Positions 40,622 to 51,659 of a stretch of 64,000 bases of DNA are shown here, one piece after another. The notes under the pieces are model-generated. The model did no database searches. It worked only from the letters and a program-made list of their open reading frames with translations, and was not told the origin of the DNA. The translations under genes and the position numbers were made by a program. The stretch comes from Pedobacter sp. Its GTDB lineage: Bacteria > Desulfobacterota > Desulfuromonadia > Desulfuromonadales > Syntrophotaleaceae. The stretch covers positions 1,288,679 to 1,352,678 of the forward strand of contig JBFWJC010000001.1 of NCBI GenBank assembly GCA_050253415.1, given 5' to 3'. The stretch's first letter is position 1. Each line of letters opens with the position of its first letter.

Positions 40622-41509
40622 TTACTCATCAAGATACCGTTTAATCAGTCCCTGGTAGTTGTCTATGCGACGATCACGTAAAAACGGCCAGATACGTCGT
40701 ACCTGTTCGCTGCGTTGACAATCCAGTGTTACGACCATCACCTCTTCCCGGTCGGCAGAGGCTTGGGCAAGAATCTCCCCCTGGCTGCCTGCGACAAAGC
40801 TGTTCCCCCAAAACTGGGAACCAGCTGCTTGCGGGTCGGGGGAGGGTTCGAATCCTGTGCGGTTAACGGCGATAACGGGCAGTCCGTTAGCGACAGCGTG
40901 TGCGCGCTGGATAGTTATCCAGGCGCCGAGTTGGCGCTGCTGTTCGGCATTTTCATCCCGCGGATCCCATCCGATGGCCGTTGGATAGATAAGCATTTCG
41001 GCCCCGGCCATGGCCATGAGGCGGGCGGCTTCGGGATACCACTGATCCCAGCAGACCAGCACTCCGAGTTTTCCGACCGACGTAGAAATGGGGGTGAAGC
41101 CGAGATCCCCGGGAGTGAAATAAAACTTTTCATAATAACCGGGATCATCAGGGATGTGCATTTTCCGGTAACGGCCGGCGATGCTACCGTCTTTTTCGAT
41201 AACGACGGCTGTGTTGTGGTAAAGCCCGGCTGCCCTCCGTTCGAACAGCGATGTGACAATAACAATATTCAGTTCCTTTGCGATGGTGCCGAATAGCTGT
41301 GTCGATGGACCGGGGATCGGTTCGGCAAGGTCGAAGCAATCGGTGTCCTCAGTCTGGCAAAAGTACAGGCTGGCATGCAGTTCCTGCAAAACCACAAGTT
41401 GCGCACCCCGGGCCGCCGCCTCACGAATGCCCTGGATGCTCTTTTCAAGGTTGCACTGCCGGTCGCCATTGCAACTCTGCTGCACCAGTCCGATGGTTAG
41501 TTTCTTCAT
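40622..41509 (-). CDS. aguB: N-carbamoylputrescine amidase (carbon-nitrogen hydrolase)
   Basis: LQEL, YRKMHIPDDPGYYEKFYF, VCWDQWYPEAAR. Overlaps the agmatine deiminase. Confidence 0.85.
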   Translation of the reverse strand: MKKLTIGLVQQSCNGDRQCNLEKSIQGIREAAARGAQLVVLQELHASLYFCQTEDTDCFDLAEPIPGPSTQLFGTIAKELNIVIVTSLFERRAAGLYHNTAVVIEKDGSIAGRYRKMHIPDDPGYYEKFYFTPGDLGFTPISTSVGKLGVLVCWDQWYPEAARLMAMAGAEMLIYPTAIGWDPRDENAEQQRQLGAWITIQRAHAVANGLPVIAVNRTGFEPSPDPQAAGSQFWGNSFVAGSQGEILAQASADREEVMVVTLDCQRSEQVRRIWPFLRDRRIDNYQGLIKRYLDE

Positions 41510-42531
41510 GGTAAAATCCCTTTCGGCAATTGCATGGTAACGCAGTGCAGCGAACCGTGTTGCAGGATAAGTGGCAGGCAATGAACGCCAATGATGGCAC
41601 GATCCGGAAATGCCTGACCGATAGCGGACAAGGCATGGGCATCCTGCGGATCGTTGTAAGTCGGTACCAGCACGGCTTGATTGATTACCAGGTAATTGGC
41701 GTAGGTAGCGGGCAGTCGATACCCTTCTACATCGTAACGCGCCTGCGGCCAGGGCAGCGGGATCAGCCGGTAGGGCTGGCCATCGATGGTGCGAAAGGCT
41801 TGCAATTCCACAGCCATGGCCTGCAATGCAGGGTAATGCTCATCTTCCTCATCATCGCAACAGACATAAAGTATGGTGTTGTTCGGACATAACCGGGCCA
41901 GCGTATCGATGTGGGAATCGGTATCGTCGCCGGCCAGATATCCGTTTTCCAGCCACAGGATCTTCTGGCAGCCGAGTAGGCGAGATAGACTCTCCTCGAT
42001 TTGTTCGCGGGTCAGATGGGGGTTGCGATTGGCGTTGAGCAGGCACTCGCTGGTGGTGAGCAGGGTTCCACTGCCATCCGATTCGATGCTGCCGCCTTCC
42101 AGAGTCAACCCGCAAGTCATCATGGGGGTATCGCCAAAGGCGTTTGCCTGATGCAGACGTCGGGTCACTTGATTGTCAAGATCGGCTGGAAATTTCAGTC
42201 CCCAGCCATTGAAGGTGAAGTCGAGCAATTTAGGCCGTCCATCTTCAAGTACGGTGATGGGGCCGAAATCACGTGACCATGTATCGTTTGTCGGAATCTG
42301 GTAAAGGGAAACCTTGTCCAGGCCGATTTGTGCTGATGAAAGCTTGCGGCGGACATCTTCGATGTCGGGCGCAACCAAAATCACTTTTTCAAAACGGATG
42401 ATTTCACGAACCAGGTTGATGAAAACCGGTTCAACGACTTCTATGCAGGGTAACCAGTCACTTCCTTCGTGGGGCCAAGCCAGCAGGACGGCGTCCTGAG
42501 GTTCCCATTCGGCCGGCAGGCTCAGGGTCAT
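41506..42531 (-). CDS. aguA: Agmatine deiminase family protein
   Basis: PAEWEPQ, WSRDFGP, FNGWG, LEGGSIE, DTDSHID, GSLHCVTMQ. Confidence 0.9.
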   Translation of the reverse strand: MTLSLPAEWEPQDAVLLAWPHEGSDWLPCIEVVEPVFINLVREIIRFEKVILVAPDIEDVRRKLSSAQIGLDKVSLYQIPTNDTWSRDFGPITVLEDGRPKLLDFTFNGWGLKFPADLDNQVTRRLHQANAFGDTPMMTCGLTLEGGSIESDGSGTLLTTSECLLNANRNPHLTREQIEESLSRLLGCQKILWLENGYLAGDDTDSHIDTLARLCPNNTILYVCCDDEEDEHYPALQAMAVELQAFRTIDGQPYRLIPLPWPQARYDVEGYRLPATYANYLVINQAVLVPTYNDPQDAHALSAIGQAFPDRAIIGVHCLPLILQHGSLHCVTMQLPKGILP

Positions 42532-42599
42532 AAGTACCTCGTAAGTTGTAGGTTAAACGGGATGCCTATCGTAAAGAAAAAAGCGTTTTGAGGCAATAC

Positions 42600-44108
42600 T
42601 CAAGCGCGTAACCACAATGATAACAGATGTCGAATGATGCCAAACAGTGCCAGGCTTGCTGCCGCCGCCCAAAGCAGCTTTTCAACGCGAGGATCGAAGC
42701 CTGGCGGTTGCCACTGTCGGTGCCATAGCATTTCGCCGGAAAGTCGTCGCCGGATCTCCATGGCGGTTATTAAAAAGGATAACCATAACGACGCCAGTAA
42801 CCATCCCGCCAGCACATCGCTAACCCAGTGTGCGCCGATAAATACGCGACTGGTCCCGATCAGCAAGGCCATAAAACTGAAACTGGTGGTCAATGACAGA
42901 CGAGACTGCCAGTTGCGGATACTGCCGAGCATCAGGTAGACGGTCAGCCCTCCGAGTAATAGGGCGAAGAATGCATGCCCACTGGGGAAACCGGGTGAGT
43001 CCGTCGTCACCCAGGGATACAGCGGGAGCGGTCTGGGCCGTCCAAAGATTTGCTTCAGGGCAAATATCAGCAATTGTCCCCCACCGATACCAGCAAGGAT
43101 CATTGCCGCTGAAAAATTCCTTCCTTTGAGCAGCAACCAGAAAACAAGCAGTAACCCCCATAGATAACGTGCCGGTTGATCCACAAGGCCTGAGCAAAGC
43201 AGCATCAGTCTCCCGGCCAGGGGGTAATGCTGGTGCGTGATGAGGGTTGAAATGTGGTGATCTATCCTTTCAAAGAAAGGTAAATTTACCCACAAGGCAA
43301 AAAACAATCCGGCAAATATGGCGCAGCACAAAAGCCCCATGGTGAGATAAAAGCCTGAACCTTGTCGCAGGCTGATTCGGTTGGCGCCGAATTTCCAAAC
43401 ACGTGGATGTTGTGTTTGCCACTTTTGCAGTCGTGGTTGCTGCAATAGTGCCAGCCATCTGTCGCGGGTTTGCCTCCGTAGGCTTCCGAGTCGGCCAGCA
43501 AGGCGGGGGGCAATGCGACGCCAGAAAAAGGCATTAACAACGAGGAGCACCATTAGGGTCGTGACAAACAGGCTGAGTCTGCCGCTCAAGACTTGCACTT
43601 GCCGCCAGCTGGCGGCACCCAGGCTGCCAATTCCGGGGTAGACCAACCCCCATAGCAGGCAACTGATCAGGGTGTAACCTAAAAAGCGCAGCGGTTCAAG
43701 ACGCGCGCTGCCGGCGATAAATGGTGTCAATCCCCGTAAGGGACCGGCAAATCTTCCGAAGAACAGGCTCTTGCCACCGTGGTCGATAAAAAACATTTCG
43801 GCTTTCCGTATTACTCCTAAATATTTACGAAAAAAAGGTCTGCGTAAAAACCGGTAGCCCAGCCGTGCCCCCATAAGGTAGCTGATGACATCGCCTCCGA
43901 GCGCACCGAGGCTTGCCGCGGTCATGACGCCAACAATGGTGCCCTGGCCGTGTGCAGTCAGGAATCCGGCGCATACGATCAGCGTGCTGCCAGGAACTGC
44001 AAGGCCGATAATCGTTATCGATTCGGCCATGGCGATAAGGAATAACAGCGCATAATAGAGCAATCCAGCCGGAAGATTACTGGAAATATCTGTCAAAAAA
44101 GAATCCAT
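42600..44108 (-). CDS. Bifunctional DedA/PAP2 membrane protein
   Basis: ES..GLAVPG, GRFAGPLR (DedA), then KQIFGRPRP, FPSGH and SRVFIGAHWVSDVLAG (PAP2). Confidence 0.88.
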   Translation of the reverse strand: MDSFLTDISSNLPAGLLYYALLFLIAMAESITIIGLAVPGSTLIVCAGFLTAHGQGTIVGVMTAASLGALGGDVISYLMGARLGYRFLRRPFFRKYLGVIRKAEMFFIDHGGKSLFFGRFAGPLRGLTPFIAGSARLEPLRFLGYTLISCLLWGLVYPGIGSLGAASWRQVQVLSGRLSLFVTTLMVLLVVNAFFWRRIAPRLAGRLGSLRRQTRDRWLALLQQPRLQKWQTQHPRVWKFGANRISLRQGSGFYLTMGLLCCAIFAGLFFALWVNLPFFERIDHHISTLITHQHYPLAGRLMLLCSGLVDQPARYLWGLLLVFWLLLKGRNFSAAMILAGIGGGQLLIFALKQIFGRPRPLPLYPWVTTDSPGFPSGHAFFALLLGGLTVYLMLGSIRNWQSRLSLTTSFSFMALLIGTSRVFIGAHWVSDVLAGWLLASLWLSFLITAMEIRRRLSGEMLWHRQWQPPGFDPRVEKLLWAAAASLALFGIIRHLLSLWLRA

Positions 44109-44429
44109 GTTTTTCCAAATGAATGCGGTGAAATAAGTCCCATACGGCAATTAGTGGAATCACTTTTATGTAGCAAGAGGCATGAAGGGCCCTCTATCGA
44201 TTGGATACTTTTGCCTGGCTTGCTAACAGATGGTGAATTGTTAGTATTAAGACATATCCTGCATAGGATACCAAGCACATCCTTACCGATATGCTTGAAA
44301 GTTTACTATACAAAGATTCGATTTTTTATGTGATGGGCAACAGAAGAGATTGCAACGGCTGGCGGGAATAAAAAACAGGGTGACTTAGGACATTGTCAAT
44401 GCAGTTCAATGAAAAGGAAGGCTAACTTA

Positions 44430-46841
44430 ATGGAACAATTCAAGCTTTCACCTCAGGAACTTTTTTGGAAATGCGATCCGGCGCAGTTTGAATTTTCCAG
44501 CACCGAAGAGCTTGGATCTCTGGAGGAAACCATCGGGCAGGATCGGGCCTTGACTGCCATTGAGTTCGGGCTGGGCATCGATTCCAACGGGTTCAATCTT
44601 TTTATCCTGGGAGAATCGGGTACCGGTCGATCTTCGACTATCAGGCGCGTGTTGGATCAGCGCGCCAAAGACCAGCCGATTCCCGATGACTGGTGCTATG
44701 TTCACGATTTTAAAAATGCGGATCGGCCGAATCATGTACGTTTGCCTGCGGGGCTTGGCAAAACGTTCCGCGATGATATGGATACTCTTATCAGCCACCT
44801 GGCCGAGGCGATCCCCAAACTTTTTGAGAGCAAGGAATACGAGCAGGCCAAAAACAATATCACGCAAGAATCCCAGGAAAAAAATAAAAAACTCGTTCAG
44901 CAACTGGAGAGCAAAGTTAATGCAGAAGGTTTTCTGCTGCAGCGTACCGTCGGCGGTCTGGTTCTGGTTCCGACCCGGGATGGACAGCCCTTGTCCCAAC
45001 AGGAATATGGCGAACTTGATGAGAAAGTTCGGCAGGAACTGGAAGATAAAGGCAGCGAACTGCAGGAGATGCTCAACGACACGTTGCGCCAGATCGTCGA
45101 GCTGGAAAAGCAGTTACGTGTTTCGTTGAGTGAGATGGAACAAAATTTCCTGAATACCGCCTTGCAGCACATATTTGAGGAGCTGGAAGAAAAATACCGG
45201 GATCATCCCAAAGTGCTGGAGCAGTTCAATAATTGTCGGGAGGATTTACTCAATCGCGCCGATGAGTTTCGTCCCAGTCAGTCTCCGCAAGTGGCTCTTG
45301 GCGGTATGCGGGTGGGACGTCAGGAGCCGTCTTTTGAACACTATCGGGTTAATCTGTTTGTCGATAACAGTGCCATCGAAGGCGCTCCGGTGGTGTACGA
45401 ACCGAATCCCACCTACTTCAATCTTTTCGGGCGCATCGAACATATTATTCAGATGGGCAACGCCACCACCAATTTCACCATGATCAAGCCGGGTGCGCTG
45501 CATCGAGCAAATGGCGGCTATCTGATTGTCGATTGCCGCGAAGTGCTCATTAATCTGTTTTCCTATGAGGCAATTAAACGCTGTCTGCGCAAGGGGGAAA
45601 TCAAGATCGAGGATATGACCGAACAATATCGGCTGATAGCCACGGTATCCCTGAAACCGGAACCGATCCCCCTGAAATGCAAACTGGTCATGATCGGTCT
45701 GCCCATGTTTTATTATCTGCTCTATCAGCTCGATCCGGACTTCCGAAAATATTTCAAAGTTAAATCCGATTTCAATAGTTTGATGAAAAATACCTGGGAA
45801 AACGTGCAGCATTATGCCCAGTTCATAGGGACTCAATGCCGCAAGGAAAACTTGCTGCATTTTTCACCTGAAGGTGTGGCGCGGGTGGTTGAATATGCGG
45901 CACGGTTGGCGGAGGACAAAAACCGTTTGTCTTGTCGTTTCATGGATCTGACCGACCTTATCCGGGAAGCTTCGTATTATGCACAACGCCATGGCGTCAA
46001 TATCGTACAAGGCGATCATGTCGAATTGGCCGTGGAGTCCAAGGAGTACCGTTCCAACAAGGTCGAGCAACTTGTCCAGGAGGCCATCGAAGATGGTCGC
46101 ATCATGGTCGATACCGAAGGTGAAGTGGTCGGTCAGCTTAACGGTCTGGCGGTATATCTGCTGGGTGATTTTTCGTTTGGCAAGCCATCACGGATTACCG
46201 TGCGTACGTTCATGGGCAAGGGAGGAGTGGTCAACATCGAGAGGGAAGCCAAGTTGTCTGGTCCTATTTACGACAAAGGAGTCCTGATTCTGTCCGGATT
46301 TATCGGTGACCGCTATGCCCAGGACAAACCCCTCACCTTGGCCGCATCGATCTGCTTTGAACAGTCCTACTCCGGAGTAGAGGGGGACAGTGCCTCGTCG
46401 GCTGAATTGTACGGTCTGCTTTCATCGCTCGCCAATCTGCCTTTGGCTCAGGGGATCGCCGTTACCGGATCGGTCAATCAGCGAGGCCAGATTCAACCTA
46501 TCGGCGGGGCCAACGAAAAGATTGAAGGTTTTTTCACCGTCTGTAAAACCAAGGGGCTTACCGGAAAGCAAGGCGTGATGATTCCAGCTCAGAACGTGCA
46601 AAATCTCATGCTCAAACAGGAAATCGTCGATGCGGTGGTTACCGGTCAATTTCATATCTGGGCGGTCAATCATATCGATGAGGGGCTGGAAATATTGACC
46701 GGCATACCGGCCGGTCAACAACTTGAAGACGGGTCTTGGCCGGAGGGGACTGTGAATTTTATGGTCAATGATCGGTTGGAGAAAATGGTTGAAGGACTGC
46801 AAAAATTTGCTCGGGGCAAGGAATCCAACGACAAGGACTGA
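44430..46841 (+). CDS. Lon-like S16 protease (LonC/LonB-type AAA domain)
   Basis: IGQDRA, GESGTGR, PGALHRANGGYL, EGDSAS (catalytic Ser), IGGANEKIEG (Lys). Confidence 0.88.
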   Translation: MEQFKLSPQELFWKCDPAQFEFSSTEELGSLEETIGQDRALTAIEFGLGIDSNGFNLFILGESGTGRSSTIRRVLDQRAKDQPIPDDWCYVHDFKNADRPNHVRLPAGLGKTFRDDMDTLISHLAEAIPKLFESKEYEQAKNNITQESQEKNKKLVQQLESKVNAEGFLLQRTVGGLVLVPTRDGQPLSQQEYGELDEKVRQELEDKGSELQEMLNDTLRQIVELEKQLRVSLSEMEQNFLNTALQHIFEELEEKYRDHPKVLEQFNNCREDLLNRADEFRPSQSPQVALGGMRVGRQEPSFEHYRVNLFVDNSAIEGAPVVYEPNPTYFNLFGRIEHIIQMGNATTNFTMIKPGALHRANGGYLIVDCREVLINLFSYEAIKRCLRKGEIKIEDMTEQYRLIATVSLKPEPIPLKCKLVMIGLPMFYYLLYQLDPDFRKYFKVKSDFNSLMKNTWENVQHYAQFIGTQCRKENLLHFSPEGVARVVEYAARLAEDKNRLSCRFMDLTDLIREASYYAQRHGVNIVQGDHVELAVESKEYRSNKVEQLVQEAIEDGRIMVDTEGEVVGQLNGLAVYLLGDFSFGKPSRITVRTFMGKGGVVNIEREAKLSGPIYDKGVLILSGFIGDRYAQDKPLTLAASICFEQSYSGVEGDSASSAELYGLLSSLANLPLAQGIAVTGSVNQRGQIQPIGGANEKIEGFFTVCKTKGLTGKQGVMIPAQNVQNLMLKQEIVDAVVTGQFHIWAVNHIDEGLEILTGIPAGQQLEDGSWPEGTVNFMVNDRLEKMVEGLQKFARGKESNDKD

Positions 46842-47069
46842 GGACCGAGGACTTAGCGGGTTGAAATAGAAAATTAAACGTAAAATTCCGGCATGGGCTT
46901 TCAGGTCCATGCCTTTTTTTGTGGAATGTCTAAATGCTTGCAATGAAATGTTGGTAGCGCTGGGTAAAAAATAATCAGACACAGGATTTTTCTTTCAGTT
47001 TGCCCAAAAAATAAGCCATTTTTTCTAATGACATTTTGTAACTAGTTGAAAATACATAAAAACAAAATT

Positions 47070-47084
47070 TGGTACGACCTGTGC
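47070..47084 (+). promoter_or_regulatory. Sigma54 promoter of glnK-amtB
   Basis: TGGTACGACCTGTGC has correct GG(-24)/GC(-12) spacing and lies upstream of nitrogen genes. Confidence 0.7.
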
Positions 47085-47162
47085 GATAAAGAAAAACGTG
47101 CGCACGCAAATCCCTTGGGGGATGCAATTTTTTAAACAGGTATGGTGTTGTCCGACCTGTAA

Positions 47163-47576
<414 letters not shown>

Positions 47577-47612
47577 GCCGCTATTTGCAACACAACAAGG
47601 AGGAAGATAGAC

Positions 47613-48965
47613 ATGAAAAAGTGGGCAAGTATCATGGGCGCTGGTCTGCTGCTGGCTTTGCCGGTTCTCGCATGGGCCGAAGACGTACCTCTTACCGCAG
47701 AAACAGTTCAGAATAATCTTAACTTTGTCTGGACCCTGATTGCAGGATTTATGGTTTTCATCATGCAGGCCGGTTTTGCCATGGTGGAAGTCGGCTTTAC
47801 CCGCGCCAAGAACGCCTGCAACATCCTGATGAAAAACCTGATGGACTTTTCCGTCGGCGCCATTGCCTTCTGGGCGGTTGGTTTCGGCCTGATGTTCGGC
47901 ACCACCAACGGCTTTTTTGGCACCACCGACTTTTTCTTCGGTGGCGCTACCGGTGATGCGGAAGCCTGGAACTATGCTTTCTGGATGTTTCAGACCGTGT
48001 TTGCCGCGACCGCAGCCACCATCATTTCCGGTGCCGTAGCTGAACGTACCAAGTTCAGCGCTTACCTGGTCTACTCGGCCCTGGTTTCGGCCTTTGTATA
48101 TCCCATTTTTGGCGGCTGGGCCTGGGGTAGCTTGTACCATGGCAGCGGTTGGTTGGAAGGCCTTGGTTTCATCGATTTCGCCGGTTCGACCGTGGTTCAC
48201 TCCATGGGTGGCTGGCTGGCGCTGGCTGGCGCTATCGTCGTCGGACCCCGTCTGGGCAAATTCGGCAAGGATGGCAAGGTTAAGCCGATCCCCGGTCACA
48301 ATATGCCCCTCGCTGCCCTGGGTGTGTTCCTTTTGTGGTTCGGCTGGTACGGATTTAACCCCGGTTCTACTACCGTGGGTGATACCTCTATCGCCCTGAT
48401 CGCCGTAACCACCACTCTGGCCGCTGCTGCCGGTGCTATTACCGCCATGACTGCTACCTGGCTCAAATACGGCAAAAGCGATATCGGTATGACCATGAAC
48501 GGCGCGTTGGCCGGTCTGGTCGGTATTACTGCCGGGTGTGCCAATGTCACCCCTCTGTCGGCCGTTATTATCGGCGCCATTGCCGGTGTACTGGTACTCT
48601 TCTCGGTTCTGTTCTTTGACAAGATCCGTGTTGACGATCCTGTCGGCGCCATCTCGGTTCACGGTGTTTGCGGTGCATGGGGTACTCTTGCTGCCGGTCT
48701 GTTCGACAGCGCAGGCTTCTCCCTCAAAACCGTCGGTGTGCAGTTGACCGGTATCGGCGCCTGCTTTGTCTTCGCCTTCGGTGTCGGCCTGATCATGTTC
48801 AAACTGATCGACCTGATCATCGGCATGCGCGTTTCCAAAGAAGAGGAAATGGCCGGTCTCGATTACTGCGAACACGGTGCTACGGCATATCCTGACTTCC
48901 AGACGATTCGTCTCGGCACGGTGTTTTCTCCCGGCCAGGAAAATGTCAACGGCGCTGCTAAATAA
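47613..48965 (+). CDS. amtB: Ammonium transporter
   Basis: MQAGFAMVE, DFAGSTVVH, WFGWYGFNPGS, DDPVGAISVHG. Confidence 0.96.
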   Translation: MKKWASIMGAGLLLALPVLAWAEDVPLTAETVQNNLNFVWTLIAGFMVFIMQAGFAMVEVGFTRAKNACNILMKNLMDFSVGAIAFWAVGFGLMFGTTNGFFGTTDFFFGGATGDAEAWNYAFWMFQTVFAATAATIISGAVAERTKFSAYLVYSALVSAFVYPIFGGWAWGSLYHGSGWLEGLGFIDFAGSTVVHSMGGWLALAGAIVVGPRLGKFGKDGKVKPIPGHNMPLAALGVFLLWFGWYGFNPGSTTVGDTSIALIAVTTTLAAAAGAITAMTATWLKYGKSDIGMTMNGALAGLVGITAGCANVTPLSAVIIGAIAGVLVLFSVLFFDKIRVDDPVGAISVHGVCGAWGTLAAGLFDSAGFSLKTVGVQLTGIGACFVFAFGVGLIMFKLIDLIIGMRVSKEEEMAGLDYCEHGATAYPDFQTIRLGTVFSPGQENVNGAAK

Positions 48966-49039
48966 TGAATTTTGATGCCTTTCCCGGACGGCAATGGTTG
49001 CCGTCCGGGGGGGACTTTTCAAGGAGGAGGAGCATTATT

Positions 49040-49774
49040 ATGAAAAGATGGAGTGTTTCGTTGTTGGTGGCAGCAATTCTGGCAGTTGGCATGGTGGCTC
49101 AGGCAAGTGCCGCAATTGAAGTTGAAGGCGATGCTTATGTCGGCGTATTCGACAAGTACCTGTGGCGCGGATTCGATCTCAGCGGCAGCCTGCCGGTTGT
49201 TCAGGCCGGTGCCGATCTGTCGACTCATGGCTGGACTCTCGGCTACTGGAGCAACTGGCAGCTCAAGAGTGATGCCGGTGAAGGTTACGATTCCGGTGAG
49301 GTTACCGAAACCGATATTATCCTGAGCTACGCTCATGATTTCGGCGACCTGCTTTCCGTAACCGTTGGTGATATCTGGTACCAGCTCGAGGGTATTGAGG
49401 ACACCAACGAACTGTTCATCAATGCCACCGTAAATACTCTGCTTGCTCCGACCATCAGCATGTATTATGACTGGGATGCCGCTGAAGAAGACGGCCTGTA
49501 TTTTACTTTTGATGTCAGCCATTCTTTGGAAGTCATGGAAAATCTGAGCTTGAACCTTGGGGCCTTGGTTTCCTACAACCTGCATAGCGATTACTCGGTT
49601 GGTGATTTCAGCGGGTTCCACAACGTTGAAGCCAGCGTCAGCATGGATTATGCCCTGTCGGATCAGTTCACGATCAGCCCGTCCTTCGTGTTCTCGACCC
49701 CGATCTGTTCAGCAGCCAAGGATGCGATCGATACAGAAACTGTAGCCGGTGTAACCCTCACCTTCGCGTTCTAA
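49040..49774 (+). CDS. Putative outer-membrane beta-barrel (TorF/Gcw_chp-like porin)
   Basis: Signal peptide, DKYLWRGFDL..PVVQ, ETD, amphipathic strands and a C-terminal Phe. Strong SD. Confidence 0.7.
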   Translation: MKRWSVSLLVAAILAVGMVAQASAAIEVEGDAYVGVFDKYLWRGFDLSGSLPVVQAGADLSTHGWTLGYWSNWQLKSDAGEGYDSGEVTETDIILSYAHDFGDLLSVTVGDIWYQLEGIEDTNELFINATVNTLLAPTISMYYDWDAAEEDGLYFTFDVSHSLEVMENLSLNLGALVSYNLHSDYSVGDFSGFHNVEASVSMDYALSDQFTISPSFVFSTPICSAAKDAIDTETVAGVTLTFAF

Positions 49775-49808
49775 TCGATATCTTTATCAGTTCTAATATC
49801 GACAAGAG

Positions 49809-49850
49809 CGTCGCCCTTCAGTACAATGAAGGGCGACGTTTTTTTTTATT
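49809..49850 (+). terminator. Intrinsic terminator
   Basis: cgtcgcccttca-gtacaa-tgaagggcgacg followed by a T run. Confidence 0.8.
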
Positions 49851-49900
49851 TATTTTTTTGGCGGGCGGCAGGGCCGTGGAGCATACCAGAGGAGTCGTTT

Positions 49901-50680
49901 ATGATACACAGCCGGAGGCCTGGTGTTTTGGGTGAATTTTTTCGCGGATTAACCTACCTACCACGTGCCGGACGGTTTTTACGACAGAATCCGGGGTTAT
50001 TGAAGTACGTGGTTATCCCATTTCTTATCAATGTCTTCACTTTTTCGCTGGCGGTAATTTTGGGCGCAAAATTGTTCGGCCGGGTTGTTGACCTTTTACC
50101 GCAAGGGGATGCCTGGTATTACCTTTTGTTTTCCTGGCTTTTGTGGGTTTTTGCGGCGCTGCTGGTGATGGTGCTGGTGTTTTTTACTTTTACCGTGATC
50201 GGAAACCTGATCGCAGCGCCCTTTAACAGTTTGCTGTCGGAACGTGTCGAGGAATTGCAAACCGGGACGCTGGCGGACGTTCCTTTTACATTAAAGGGTG
50301 TCTTGCTGGACAGCGGGCGCAGCCTGCTGGTGGAAGCAAAGAAAATGGCGGTATTTATTCTTTGCATGGTACTTTTGCTGCTGCTCAATCTGTTGCCTTT
50401 GGTGGGAACATTATTATATGCGGCCAGTACCCTGTTATTAACCCTGTTTTTTCTTGCCTGGGAATATCTCAGTTTCGTGCATGAACGCAAGCAATTGAAC
50501 TTTTCAAAGCAATATAAGTATCTTAAAGAGCGGAAATTGCTTTTGCTCGGGTTTGCCACGGGGGTTTTGGCATTGCTGGCGATTCCTCTTATGCAGCTAT
50601 TTTGTATCCCCCTCGCCGTTATCGCCGCGACCCTGCTATGGTGTGAAGAGCAGCAGGCAAGGAATCGACGTTCCGCATGA
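49901..50680 (+). CDS. CysZ/EI24-family membrane protein
   Basis: VVIPFLIN, IGNLIAAPFNSLLSERVE, AWEYL. Confidence 0.8.
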   Translation: MIHSRRPGVLGEFFRGLTYLPRAGRFLRQNPGLLKYVVIPFLINVFTFSLAVILGAKLFGRVVDLLPQGDAWYYLLFSWLLWVFAALLVMVLVFFTFTVIGNLIAAPFNSLLSERVEELQTGTLADVPFTLKGVLLDSGRSLLVEAKKMAVFILCMVLLLLLNLLPLVGTLLYAASTLLLTLFFLAWEYLSFVHERKQLNFSKQYKYLKERKLLLLGFATGVLALLAIPLMQLFCIPLAVIAATLLWCEEQQARNRRSA

Positions 50681-50803
50681 CCTTTAATCATGACAGTCGA
50701 TGCTTGTGTTATAATTTTTGTATCCTCGAAGTACCGGTGTGTTTTTCTAGTTTCGTTGTTGCAGCCTGCAGCAATGAGAGGTAACCGCAAGCAGGGAGGA
50801 TTT

Positions 50804-51028
50804 ATGACCAAAAAGCAAAGCAGGGAACGGGGTGTTGAAACACGCGTTGATACTGAGATTGTGCAGCGCGTGGATCGCCTAGATGAAGATCTGGAGATCA
50901 TGGACCGACATGCCGCAGATGTTGCCGACGTGGAGGAACAGGAGGCGGATTCCCTGCGTCGGTGGGATCGCGAGCATAAAAATGAACGACTACACAGTGT
51001 GCCGCGTCATCTGAAACATGTCCGGTGA
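50804..51028 (+). CDS. Small charged hypothetical protein (74 aa)
   Basis: GGAGG SD before the ATG. Shared terminator at ~51046-51078. Confidence 0.6.
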   Translation: MTKKQSRERGVETRVDTEIVQRVDRLDEDLEIMDRHAADVADVEEQEADSLRRWDREHKNERLHSVPRHLKHVR

Positions 51029-51102
51029 TCGCTTTTGTTATGGCAAAAAGGGGAGTCCCATTGGAACTCCCCTTTTTTAATGGTTTCAAGCAAAGGGAAT
51101 GG

Positions 51103-51465
51103 TTATTCCTTGTTTTCCATTTCTTCTTCGTCGGGTGAGTCTTCCTGTTTAATAGCCTCGATCTCGGCTTCAAGGGTTGCCGCTGTGCTTTTCAATTTAT
51201 CCAGTTTGGTCAGCAGGTTGGTAACCACTTCCGTTTCCATGATGGCGATTATCCCATTTTCCCGCAGTTCGTCGATTTCTTTACCGAGATCACTATGAGC
51301 TGCACCTATTTTTCGGTGAATGGTCGCCAAATCAACTTTTTTTTGCACAATACGTTTGTATTTATTCGCCTGGAAGGTAGCTATATGGAGCGTTTTTCGG
51401 GTAGAGTCCCAGATTTTTTCGGTGGTGGTTTTTTTCTTTTCGTTGGCATCGTTCTGTTCGCTCAT
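51103..51465 (-). CDS. Coiled-coil hypothetical protein
   Basis: GGAGG SD and a helical heptad pattern. Converges on a bidirectional terminator. Confidence 0.7.
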   Translation of the reverse strand: MSEQNDANEKKKTTTEKIWDSTRKTLHIATFQANKYKRIVQKKVDLATIHRKIGAAHSDLGKEIDELRENGIIAIMETEVVTNLLTKLDKLKSTAATLEAEIEAIKQEDSPDEEEMENKE

Positions 51466-51659
51466 GGCTACCTCCAAGGTTTGGCTATTATTGATGGCTT
51501 ATGTATCTCATATGGTTTTGCGAAATTATCGATCATTGGTAATATATTAGAAATATTAGCATCTCTACTTGCAACGTCAAGGTGTTTATGGCGTCATGGT
51601 TTTGGGTGGCAGGCCAAACCTTCGGTATTGTAACTATTAAGATGACGGGAGAAACATTC